A stretch of 63,350 nucleotides of DNA, counting the filler, from Reclinomonas americana ATCC 50394 (taxonomy: Eukaryota), in assembly GCA_048213135.1 (NCBI GenBank). It is 41 parts of 41 records of this genome, joined end to end, with 100 filler letters (N's around TTAATTAATTAA, not from the genome) between each part and the next. Parts side by side here need not be neighbours in the genome. Positions count along the whole stretch, not along the records: positions 35,740 to 37,186 come from AFZH01025609.1; positions 37,287 to 38,733 come from AFZH01025610.1; positions 38,834 to 40,279 come from AFZH01025611.1; positions 40,380 to 41,824 come from AFZH01025614.1; positions 41,925 to 43,369 come from AFZH01025615.1; positions 43,470 to 44,910 come from AFZH01025616.1; positions 45,011 to 46,454 come from AFZH01025617.1; 34 more parts are not named here. One strand, 5' to 3'. Below the pieces are notes generated by a model. It searched no databases and was not told the DNA's origin. It saw only the letters and a list, made by a program, of their open reading frames with translations. Each line of letters begins with the position of its first letter. The stretch's first letter is position 1. This document shows, piece by piece, positions 35,740 to 46,454 of the stretch. Both the position numbers and the translations under genes were made by a program.

Positions 35740-37101
35740 GGCATTGTTCAATGTGACATTAGCGGATGTAATATACAAATTGACATCTGTTTTAGTCATA
35801 TCTAAACCGCATGAATAATCACCACCCTCTTCATCTGGATAATTAACAAATGAATGTCCGAAAATCAAACATTTTGACATATAATCAGGGTTATTGAAAG
35901 ATGCATCAGTTGATGTAACTGAATATGTTGGTCCAACAGCATTATTAACAAGACCATGATTTGAAACTTCATAGATCTCTTCAAGGTATTTAAGAGTTGT
36001 TCCAGCATTCAATCTTGATGTTACTTGAGGTAATAATGGGTAAAGCATACCATTTGATGCTTGGAATTGCCATGTAATTGTTTTTGTTTTGTCGACACTT
36101 GGATTACCATTAAATACTACTGATGCTAATGAGGTAGATGATGTAGCTGTTAATTGAAGACCACATGTTATTGATCTAACTTTTGTATAGTTACCGCCTA
36201 ATGTAAGATTAATCACATTATCACCAGCGGATAAACTACCTTTTGACATAACAACGATTTGTCTTGATGGAATAATAATAGATTTTCTTGGATTCTCATC
36301 AGCCATTCTCAATTGATCTAATACAATTTGGTTATATTGTGTTGAATGTAATGATTGAAGATAAACATATGTAATATTCATCTCATATGTAGCTTGACCA
36401 GCTGAGCTATTTTGTAATGCAAGGAGAGCTGATTTAAGTGTAAAATCAAAGTAAAGTTTGCTTCTAACATTAGCTAATGGAATGAAATCATTGTGGAAAA
36501 ATGAGCAAACACGTCCAAGATCGAGAATATAGTATACATATGAACCAGCAGGAACAGCTGAAAATACACGAGCTTGTCCAGCGCCATCATTTGGAGCATT
36601 CAATAAACCTAAATTATGATCGCTTGAGTTTGTTTGAATTGCACTATTAGCAGGATTGACAGCACCTTGAGCCAATGCACCCCATGCGTAACCATCGGAT
36701 TGTCTGTTAAGATCTATTTCTTTTTGATCTCTCATAATATGGCATTTTAATGCCATTGCTTTAGCTAAATCATTGCAACTCCAAATCTCTTCAGAATCAG
36801 TACCAAATCGACATGAACCAAAAATATCAGACACAGCACGAAGATAAGAATCTGTATCTGTACCCTGAGTTACTTTTACACCAACAACGAAATATGATTT
36901 ATTAGGTTTAAAATTAGAATCGGGCATATAAATACGACCTGTATCAGATGGAACATAGAGAGCTTTGTTACCTGAAATAAAATTATGTGTCTCTGGAATA
37001 CAGTGATCAGAGCTAATCTTTGGAATTTTTCTATCCACTTGCAAGTGAACTGGTAACTCGCTTGGTAAAATATTTGAGTTTGGATGAGTTGTATTCTGCA
37101 T
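35740..37101 (-). CDS. Probable major capsid protein (double jelly-roll) of a Polinton-like virus / virophage-type element, variant A, 3'-truncated (454 aa visible)
   Basis: Intronless AT-rich contig; SFFHNDFIPLANVRSKLYFDFTL, KVRSITCG, WQFQASNGMLYPLLP, LIFGHSF...SCGLDMT...VNLYI resemble PLV MCP motifs; beta-strand-rich pattern. Confidence 0.75.
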
Positions 37102-37107
37102 ATATAA

Positions 37108-37185
37108 CTATATTAAAGATAATTTTTTACGTAATCGTCTTTTAGATTTTGTATTTACAGTATTCAAAGTAGTATTATTATATTC
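37108..37185 (-). CDS. 3' end of upstream element ORF (EYNNTTLNTVNTKSKRRLRKKLSLI-stop); identical copy at 38655-38732
   Basis: Open frame from the contig edge to TAG, 6 nt before the capsid ATG. Confidence 0.45.
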   Translation of the reverse strand, partial: EYNNTTLNTVNTKSKRRLRKKLSLI

Positions 37186-37286
37186 TNNNNNNNNNNNNNN
37201 NNNNNNNNNNNNNNNNNNNNNNNNNNNNNNTTAATTAATTAANNNNNNNNNNNNNNNNNNNNNNNNNNNNNNNNNNNNNNNNNNNN

Positions 37287-38648
37287 AGCGTTGTTCAATG
37301 GAACATTAGCGGATGTAATATACAAATTAACATCAGTTTTAGTCATATCTAAACCGCATGAATAATCACCACCCTCTTCATCTGGATAATTAACAAATGA
37401 ATGACCAAAAAGTAAACATTTTGACATATAATCAGGATTATTGAAAGTAGGTTGTAAAGGGTCTATGTAATATGCTGGTCCTACAGCATTATTGACAAGA
37501 CCATGATTTGAAACTTCATAAATCTCTTCAAGATATTTAAGTGTTGTTCCAGCATTCAATCTTGATGTTACTTGAGGTAATAATGGGTAAAGCATACCAT
37601 TTGATGCTTGGAATTGCCATGTAATTGCTTGTGTTTTAGTAACATCAGGATTACCATTATATACTACTGAGGCTAATGCGGTAGATGATGTAGCCGTTAA
37701 TTGAAGACCACATGTAATTGATCTAACTTTTGTATAGTTACCGCCTAATGTAAGATTAATCACATTATCACCAGCGGATAAACTACCTTTTGACATAACA
37801 ACAATTTGTCTTGATGGAATAATAATAGATTTTCTTGGATTCTCATCAGCCATTCTCAATTGATCTAATACAATTTGGTTATATTGTGTTGAATGTAATG
37901 ATTGAAGATAAACATATGTAATATTCATCTCATATGTAGCTTGACCAGCTGAGCTATTTTGTAATGCGAGGAGAGCTGATTTAAGTGTAAAATCAAAGTA
38001 AAGTTTGCTTCTAACATTGGCTAATGGAATGAAATCATTGTGGAAAAATGAACATACACGTCCAAGATCGAGAATATAGTAAACATATGATCCAGCAGGA
38101 ACAGCACTAAAAACACGAGCTTGTCCAGAAGCTTGATTTGGGGCATTCAATAAACCTAAATTATGATCGCTTGAGTTTGTTTGAATTGCACTATTAGCTG
38201 GATTGACAGCACCTTGAGCCAATGCACCCCATGCATAACCATCGGATTGTCTGTTAAGATCGATTTCTTTTTGATCTCTCATAATATGACATTTCAATGC
38301 CATTGCTTTAGCTAAATCATTGCAACTCCAAATCTCTTCTGAATCGGTACCAAATCTACATGAACCAAAAATATCAGACACAGAACGAAGATAAGAATCG
38401 GCATCTGTACCCTGAGTTACTTTTACACCAACAACGAAATATGATTTATTAGGTTTAAAATTAGAATCGGGCATATAAATACGACCTGTATCAGATGGAA
38501 CATAGAGAGCTTTGTTACCTGAAATAAAATTATGTGTCTCTGGAATACAGTGATCAGAGCTAATCTTTGGAATTTTTCTATCCACTTGCAAGTGAACTGG
38601 TAACTCGCTTGGTAAAATATTTGAGTTTGGATGAGTTGTATTCTGCAT
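37287..38648 (-). CDS. Probable major capsid protein, variant B, 3'-truncated
   Basis: Colinear with 35740-37101; 22 aa differences in 454 by manual count, no indels. Confidence 0.75.
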
Positions 38649-38833
38649 ATATAACTATATTAAAGATAATTTTTTACGTAATCGTCTTTTAGATTTTGTA
38701 TTTACAGTATTCAAAGTAGTATTATTATATTCCNNNNNNNNNNNNNNNNNNNNNNNNNNNNNNNNNNNNNNNNNNNNTTAATTAATTAANNNNNNNNNNN
38801 NNNNNNNNNNNNNNNNNNNNNNNNNNNNNNNNN

Positions 38834-40279
38834 TGATGCCGATACGCTGTTGAAGTTTGTGCAAGACTGCCGCGCCATTGGCATCACGTGCCCCATCTTT
38901 CTTGGCGTCATGGTATGTGTGTCTCTAGTATTTTTTACAAGGGGCACTGGACCGAGGCTTACGTCTCTAACCTCCACGCATACAGCCGATTCGCGAGTAC
39001 GACCAGTGGGCACGCATGGTGGAGCGTTCACACACGGTCGTTCCGGCCTCAGTACACGCACGACTGGATGCAGTGAAGCACAATCCGGTGGAGGTGCGTC
39101 GCGTTGGTGTCGACGTGTGCGCCGAGCTGTGCCAGGAGCTATTCCGGCGTGGCCACCGCTACTTTTACCTGTACACCATGGACATTGTCGAGTGTGTGCC
39201 GCAAATCCTGCAAAAGCTTGGATGGGCTCCCGAATCTCCCGCCAAGCCCTATCCGTGGGAGGCGGTGCGCGTGCTTTTTGTGGTTGCCTTGCCTTCTGCT
39301 GACTCTCATTCTCATGCAAACATCGTCGTTTCAGTCGTACACCGGCACGCGGACTTCCGAGAGCGTGCGCCCCATTTACTGGCAGCACCGACCGTACTCG
39401 TACTGCCTGCGCACGCGTCACTGGGGCCAGAACTTCCCGTCAGGTCTGTGGACCATGGGCCAAGAGTCGCGTCCAGACTTTCTCCCCTTTGATGGTGCCG
39501 ACTACTTGAGCAATCACTACGTGCCGGGAGTTGGGTCTTGTGTGGGGTTTTGAGAAATGCACGGGTGCCGAACGAATCTGACGTGAGTGGCGCTCCTGCA
39601 GACACCATTCGATCGTCGCAAGGCATGGCATCCGTCACCGTCGAGCGACGAGGACATCCAGGCCGTGTTTGAGAACTTTGTGGCTGCCGATCCTGAGGTT
39701 CCCGCACTGCCGTGGATGCCACACGCGCGTGCCATGTTGCCGCTTGAGATGCGCGACAGTCTCATGCAGGTGCACACTGCTCGAGTGTGTGTTTTTGTCG
39801 TCCCCTCCTCCTCACATCTGACGTTGTCGTATTACAACAGCTGGTGCGATCAGGCTGCTGGCCTATCAATTGGCAGCAGTGCGTGGAGGGTGCATCGTCC
39901 GAGGACCCGCTAGTAGGCTGGGGCGATGAGGGCGGCGTTGTGTATCAAAAGGTGGTGTTCTTTTTCCCCACTTGTGCGAAGGCGACTGAGAGATGAGTGT
40001 GTTGATTCCACGTCGGTACATGCGGCAGGCGTACATTGAGTTTTTCTGCTCGCCGGAGAAGCTTGCGACGCTGTTGCCGCGGCTGCAGTCGAGCAAGTCC
40101 CTGACGTATGCGATTACAAACCGAGAAGGTTTGTGTGCTTCGGGTCTGCGCTGCTGCCGCCCTCTCATCAACGCGACTACAGGTGACGTGTGGCACACAA
40201 ACATGCACCGATCCGCCACCGTGACGGCTGGTCTGTTCCCCCGACGTGAGATGATTGGAGCCACGGTGGTGAGTATTCC
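38834..40279 (+). CDS. MTHFR: Eukaryotic methylenetetrahydrofolate reductase-like protein (end of catalytic domain plus regulatory domain), multi-exon, partial, divergent
   Basis: FVQDCRAIGITCPIFLGVMPI...ESVRPIYWQHRPYSYCLRT..W...GWGDEGGVVYQKAYIEFFCSPE...GLFPRREM. Confidence 0.85.
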
Positions 40280-40404
40280 NNNNNNNNNNNNNNNNNNNNN
40301 NNNNNNNNNNNNNNNNNNNNNNNTTAATTAATTAANNNNNNNNNNNNNNNNNNNNNNNNNNNNNNNNNNNNNNNNNNNNTCTCTCTCGTCTCTCTCTCCT
40401 CCTC

Positions 40405-40477
<73 letters not shown>

Positions 40478-40900
40478 CTCTCTCTCTCTCTCTCTCTCCA
40501 CTCTCTCTCACCATCAGTCTCTGTCTCTGTGGCCAAATGCAATTCTTTGCGCAGAAACTTGCGCTGTTTGGCAGTGGACTCGGAGGCAACGGCTTGTAAT
40601 TGCTCAACAACGCCCTTGACGTCGACTGAATAGGCGCACAAACAAGAGAGAAAGAGAGAGGGGAGTGTCAGTGAGGATCTTGTTATAGTTTTTTCGTGTT
40701 TTCTTGCGGAACTCTTGCCGTGTCCTTGTCCCATGGTGCACCTCTCTCATGCACACACACTCTCCTCTCGTTTCGCAGAGTGAGTGGGTGAGTGGAGGCA
40801 CACACTGACGAGAGAAGTGAGTTTGATGAAATCGAACACGTCCTTTGACGTTCTTGTTTTGACGGCATGTCTCAAGTGCCTGCCTTTGTGCACTGACTAT

Positions 40901-41147
40901 TGTAGTTGCTTACATGCAGAGCAACAGGATTCATGATTGACAGCTGAGGATTTCGTCAAGTTTTTTCGCCTCTGAAGTTCAATGCATTGGTTATTTCGAA
41001 GAGAAGTGTCTGCTTTTATGTCGCCTGATGTAGTTGCTTGCACGTAGAGCAACAAGAGTCATGATTGACGTCTGCGGATTTATTCAAGTATTCTCCCCTC
41101 TGAAGTTCAATGCATTTGCTGTTTCGAAAGAAGTCTCAATGTCTGCT
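40901..41147. repeat. Two degenerate direct repeats, about 128-bp period, intergenic
   Basis: TGTAGTTGCTT...AGAGCAACA...TCATGATTGAC...CCTCTGAAGTTCAATGCATT at about 40901 and 41029. Confidence 0.8.
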
Positions 41148-41427
41148 TGTGTGCGCTGCCTGGCGTGACTGCTTGGGTGTAAATCAGCAGAATTCGGTGT
41201 TCAGTGCACTGATTGTCATGAAGGGAACCCACCAGTGATCGCCTGTGTAGTGCACCATTGACGGCAGTTGCTTGCATGGAGAGCAGCATTGTCGATTCGC
41301 TCCTCTTGCTTGCGAGCCGCCCCATGAGCATGCAGCGCTGGGGCTCAAATCCAAGCGCCTCGATCTTCCCACCTGCAACACACACAAATGCATACACTCT
41401 TTGCGGCCTCTCCCCCTTGCACTATCA

Positions 41428-41751
41428 CTACGCCGGGGAGGGCACCGCGGTGCCAGGTGGCGCCTCGGGTACCACTGGTGGTGGCGGTGGCGGTGGTGGT
41501 GGAGGAGGTGCGGCCGCGGTGATCGCGTCCGGGTCGGGGAACGGACGGGCGCCAATCATTGCCTGCACGTCCTCCTGACTCATCACCTCGTGCTCGATGA
41601 GATACTCGGCGATGCGGTTCAGCTCCTCGCGGTGCTCCGTCAGCAGCTCCTTGGTGCGTCCGTACGCCTGCTCCACCAGCTCCTTCACTTGCATGTCGAT
41701 GCGGCGGGCGGTGGCGTCCGAATAGGGGCGGCGATGCAGGCCTTGTGACTC
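41428..41751 (-). CDS. m-AAA/FtsH protease (AFG3/paraplegin-like), last exon
   Basis: RPYSDATARRIDMQVKELVEQAYGRTKELLTEH...IAEYLIEHEV...IGARPF. Confidence 0.88.
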   Translation of the reverse strand, partial: ESQGLHRRPYSDATARRIDMQVKELVEQAYGRTKELLTEHREELNRIAEYLIEHEVMSQEDVQAMIGARPFPDPDAITAAAPPPPPPPPPPPVVPEAPPGTAVPSPA

Positions 41752-42530
41752 CTGTGTTGTCGACAAATGAGCGACACTCAGAAGAGGGAGAAGGAAGAGA
41801 GAGATGAGAGAGATGGGAAGGCAGNNNNNNNNNNNNNNNNNNNNNNNNNNNNNNNNNNNNNNNNNNNNTTAATTAATTAANNNNNNNNNNNNNNNNNNNN
41901 NNNNNNNNNNNNNNNNNNNNNNNNATGAGGCACACGAAAGTGGGGCGTTGCACGCCGTCTGCGGGAGGTCGCACGGCTGCCAGCTGCCGCTGATGAACTG
42001 AGCAATGCAGTCTCCTTCGGCGCAGTGGCACTCTCGGGGTGAGAAGTGGGTGTCGCGGTCGTTGATGAGTGAGAATCATCCTCCGCAGTGCCGCTGCGTC
42101 GTCGTCGTCGTCGTCGTCGTCGGTGTCGTTGGGTGTGCGACTGGTGAGTGCGCGACGCGGAAGCAGATGCTGCGCTCATCATGAGGCAAGGAAGCCGGGA
42201 GCACCACGCCCGCCTACAGTCAAAATTTCGGAGAGCAAATGTGATCTTGTACTTCGTTTCAAGAGCGCACCACCAGCTGGACCTGCATGGCAGTCAAAGA
42301 TGAGTGAGCTGTATGATCACTGTTGCTGTGTGCAGCGCAACACATGTTATCGATAGAAATGCAGTCCCTCAATGCCGCGAGCCAAACACCACCAAGCACA
42401 AACCGTGCACCAAGTACCACGTGCAATCTTCTTCAAACACTCAAGAGACACAAACAACGACATAGACTTCACTCGTCTGAACACACCTCCTCAAGTCGTG
42501 ATGGAGTGCCGACAAACCGAGAGAGATCGG

Positions 42531-43210
42531 TCAGTCACGCGAGCGCCCACATTCCGCGCCAGCACCGTCGGCGACGGGAAAGTTCACGCAGAGGAACTTG
42601 CGCAGCTTAGCGCATTTCACACCTGCAGCAATCAGCTGGGCGTCTGTCATAGGTTTGCAGCCGAAATCGGCTGGATTGCACGTCGCGCCGACAGAGGGGT
42701 CTGCCAGCAGGTTGTCCAAGTCCAAGTTGTCGACGTTGTACTCGGTAATGACCCATTCTGGCGTGGCCCATTCGAAGGCGAACTTGCGCGGCTTGTAGCT
42801 GGGCAGGCCATAGAATACCGCATCCTCCGGTGGACAGCATAGCACGATCCACGTCACACCATCCGGTTGCCGGGCCGCCAGAATCGTCTCACACACAGCG
42901 ACTCGATCCGCCGCTGGCCCCACCCACACTCGAAGACACACGCGTTGTCGATATGGGTCGCCTCTCTTCCTCGGCAGCACACGCAGAAGAGGCACAGTCT
43001 CCACAGACACCGCAGTGCCGTCGACCACGCACTTGGCCAGCGACTGTTGCAGGTGACAGAGGGCGGCTGAAAACTGTTGCGAATCAATCGCACCACCGGC
43101 ACCTCGCACTTCGTACTCGGCAAGATCGGCAGCGATAAAAATCTGCCCATCCATCTCCACACACCGGCTGCCTCGCAACAACTCACGGGGATCCACTGCA
43201 CGGCCGCCAT
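42531..43210 (-). CDS. Hypothetical eukaryotic protein (short first exon MAAVQWIP, intron, long second exon)
   Basis: ATG 43210, GTGAGT donor and CAG acceptor join in frame to IFIAADLAEYEVR...; no family recognised. Confidence 0.5.
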
Positions 43211-43286
43211 TCTGCGCGACAGCCTCCGGCCACTTTTGTCGCCACTTCTTCAGCGGCGGTGGCTTGCCTGTGCAGTGAGAGGGAGG

Positions 43287-43329
<43 letters not shown>

Positions 43330-43469
43330 AGAGAGAGACGCCTACTTGTAACGTAAAACCGTAAAAGGTNNNNNNNNNNNNNNNNNNNNNNNNNNNNNNN
43401 NNNNNNNNNNNNNTTAATTAATTAANNNNNNNNNNNNNNNNNNNNNNNNNNNNNNNNNNNNNNNNNNNN

Positions 43470-43550
43470 GTCTCCGAGCTCGACGCGCTGCGCGCCCGGA
43501 TCGGTGACGATCCGAAATCCTGGCTGCCGATCTTCATGGGGAGGGACTGA
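43470..43550 (+). CDS. virB4: Probable VirB4 type IV secretion ATPase, C-terminal tip
   Basis: VSELDALRARIGDDPKSWLPIFMGRD-stop; G.DP..WLP.F is the usual VirB4 C-terminus. Confidence 0.6.
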   Translation, partial: VSELDALRARIGDDPKSWLPIFMGRD

Positions 43551-43552
43551 CG

Positions 43553-44485
43553 GTGCGCATGCAAATAGTCGTGCTCGTGCTGCTGGCAACCGGGTTCGCG
43601 GACCCCACCCTTGCCGCCGTGCCGGTGAATGACGGGGCAATTCTCGACCGGCGCACGGACGAGACCGCCAAGAAGGTCGAGATCAAGCTCATCACGGGCA
43701 AGACCCAGACCTACACGCAAGGCATCAACTGCTCGGTGACCAAGCCGAAGAAGGACAACGCGGTCACGAGCCCGACGCAGAAGCCTGATGCGGGCCGCGG
43801 CGCGGCGACCCTCGATCGGGCCGATCCGACCATCAAAACGTCGCCGGCTTTCGCCAAGCCGACGACGACCGGGTCCACGAGCACTGGGGCACAGCCGGCG
43901 ACCGACTGGACGGCCGGGCCGCGCACTGATCGCGAAGGCACGGGCCAGGTCATCGGCGGCATGGAGACGGTGCAGGCCTCGCTTCAGCCGAACCGCCGGG
44001 TCTTCGAACGCATGGGCCGCGAGGTCGGCTCGGACGGGACCCTGATGGAGGCCATGGACCGTAACAGCGCGATCCGCACGCAGACGGGGCTCACCTTCAA
44101 CGAGGCCATCCACGGCGTGTCTTTTCTCACGCAAGCCTTCAACCTGCCCAATCTCGCCGCCGCCTCGATGTCGAGCCAGGGCACGCGCGGCGTCACGCTG
44201 CCGACATCGGCCCGCGGACAGGCTAGGCCGCCACAGACGATCAATCTATGTCCGGCCGGGATGACAGGGGAGGGGACCGCCGCAAGCCCCTGCGTGGCCG
44301 CGGGCTGCTCGACGACGCCCTACGGGACGACGCCGGCGTCGGGCTGCGTCGCCCGCCGCTACAACGACACGGCGGGGAATGTCTCCTTTGCGATCGAACG
44401 CGAAGCTGCGCGGGCGAATGCCGCGCAACAGCCGCTGTCGAGCGATGAGCTCATGGCCGCGGTCCGACAGTACCAATCTCGCTGA
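43553..44485 (+). CDS. Exported type IV secretion-associated protein (VirB5-like N-terminal PVND motif)
   Basis: Signal peptide then AVPVND; lies between the virB4 tip and a PVID protein. Confidence 0.55.
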   Translation: MRMQIVVLVLLATGFADPTLAAVPVNDGAILDRRTDETAKKVEIKLITGKTQTYTQGINCSVTKPKKDNAVTSPTQKPDAGRGAATLDRADPTIKTSPAFAKPTTTGSTSTGAQPATDWTAGPRTDREGTGQVIGGMETVQASLQPNRRVFERMGREVGSDGTLMEAMDRNSAIRTQTGLTFNEAIHGVSFLTQAFNLPNLAAASMSSQGTRGVTLPTSARGQARPPQTINLCPAGMTGEGTAASPCVAAGCSTTPYGTTPASGCVARRYNDTAGNVSFAIEREAARANAAQQPLSSDELMAAVRQYQSR

Positions 44486-44505
44486 ACGCGAAGGGAGCGA
44501 TCGTG

Positions 44506-44910
44506 ATGCGCAAGTCCGTCCAGACCGTGTGTGTGAGCATCGCGGCCGTGCTTTTCGGAGCCGCCGCCTCGGCCCAGACGCCGGTGATCGACAACGCGAA
44601 CCTGCGCAAGGCGCAGGAGATCGCGACGACGACCAATAGCATCCTCGCTGCCGACCGGCAAATCATGCAGTTCACCCAGAAGACGCTTGCCGCCGTGACC
44701 GGCGATCGCACCAGCCAGGCGGGGCAACTCTCCCAGATCGCGCTCGGTGGCGGCAGCTTCTCGATGGGCGGCGCGCCGTCGCTCGGCAGCGTGATCTCCG
44801 GGGGATCGCTGTCCTTTGCGGGGATGGGCGGCGGCTCGCAGAACATCGTTTCGGGCCTCATCAACGGCCTGCAGCTCGTGAAGACGATCTCAGGCCTGAT
44901 CAACGGCCAG
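44506..44910 (+). CDS. VirB5-like minor pilin, 3'-truncated
   Basis: Signal peptide ASA|QTPVIDNANL...helical...AVTGDR; operon context. Confidence 0.6.
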
Positions 44911-45010
44911 NNNNNNNNNNNNNNNNNNNNNNNNNNNNNNNNNNNNNNNNNNNNTTAATTAATTAANNNNNNNNNNNNNNNNNNNNNNNNNNNNNNNNNN
45001 NNNNNNNNNN

Positions 45011-45075
<65 letters not shown>

Positions 45076-45133
45076 GAGAGAGAAAGAGAGAGGCAGTGTG
45101 TGTTACGTGCTTATGGTGTGTTTCTGTTTCCAG

Positions 45134-46454
45134 AGCGCATATGAGCAGCGTAGCTACCGCAAGGTAGCGGAGTTTCTTGCATGTGGTGTGCGCGGGCGCG
45201 TGAAGAAAAAAGTGGCGGAGCGCCTGTGGACTGACGAGGCGAATGGGTTGCGGATGACTGCCTTTGCACTGTCTGTGGATGGCGCCGGATGATGCCACCG
45301 TCGTCACGCTCCTTCGCATGGTGCCGATCGGCTTTTTCAAGAAGGTGGTTGCGCGCTGTCCCTGGTGGCCTGTCGCTGCGGTCGTCACTGGTCGACTACC
45401 GGCGGTGCTCGATGCAGTCCGCGCACGAGCTCAACTCGAGGATGTTCCGCTGCTGGAGTCAGTGATGGACTATACGGCTCTCGACTTTGCACTGCGAGCG
45501 GCTGTCAGCGTTGGCGATGGCGTCGCCATTCGTTACCTCAGCGGTCTCGCTCTGCCAGCTGCCAAACGCCGGCGCATGCAGTTGACGTTGTTCAACTGCG
45601 TGCGCCACTGCATCGGGCGGGGGAAGGAGGCCGTCCTCAATGACCTTCGTGAGTCGTGGCCACTGCACAACTTGGAGGCGAGTGCGCACCTCGAGTTGGC
45701 GGCCGCCACCAACGACGTGGAGACGGTGCGGCGGCTGCTGGACGAAGGCGTCGCCGACCCCACCGTTGACGACAACTTACCGTTTCGACAGGCCGCGTTC
45801 CGTGGCCATACCGAGGTGGTGGCTGCGTTGCTCGCTGACGATCGTGTCCACCCGGAACGACCGCATAACGTGCCTTTGCTGTATGCGTGCGGTAGGGGGC
45901 ACGTGGGAGCTGTGTCGCTGCTGCTGAGGCGCGATGAGGTGATTGTGGGCGGCGGGACCGACGATATGTTTACTCTCGAAAGCTGGCAATATCCAGGCAC
46001 ACCGGCAGATCCGGATGTGCAAGTCGTGGACACTGCCGTCGATCCTGATCCCTTCATAGCATTCTTCTTGAGTGAGGATATTCTTCCCGGTTCACCGCTG
46101 GAGGTTGCTGTGCGGTCGACTGATTGTGCCATGGTTCGAATGCTGCTGCAAGATGACGTGTTGCGCCATCCACGCGAGGCTAGTTTTCTGGGGGAGTCAC
46201 TGCCCGACATCAACGAAGAAGACGTGCTGCGGGCCTTCCTGGACAATCCGCGCTACTGGGAGAATTATTATGACGACCATGCTTTTGTCGTATGCATTTT
46301 GCATGACTGTGGACTTTTACCGTCGATCAAGGTGCCGTGTCTGTTGGAGTATCCGCGCTTTCGACCGCATGTGGACTCGCATGCCATGGGCGATTGCATC
46401 GTCGACTGCGTCGATGTTGGAGGACTTGCGGATCGGTCGCTTGAATCTGTGGTG
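45134..46454 (+). CDS. Ankyrin-repeat protein (eukaryotic), partial; one apparent frameshift at 45263-45265
   Basis: ADPTVDDNLPFRQAAFRGHTEVVAALLADDRVHP...PLLYACGRGHVGAVSLLL; removing one T of TTT joins the frames into MTALHCLW. Confidence 0.85.

Noticed and set aside
35899..35928. Diversity-generating retroelement as the source of capsid variation
   Set aside because: Substitutions are not adenine-specific; no template repeat or reverse transcriptase is visible
35740..38733. Tandem duplication of the capsid gene, or organellar origin
   Set aside because: The copies are separate contigs, adjacent only because of equal length. The protein resembles no organellar gene I recognise, and Trp is encoded by TGG
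46075..46081. Second possible U12 donor (ATATCCTC on the minus strand)
   Set aside because: Antisense to the ankyrin exon, imperfect consensus, and no gene context
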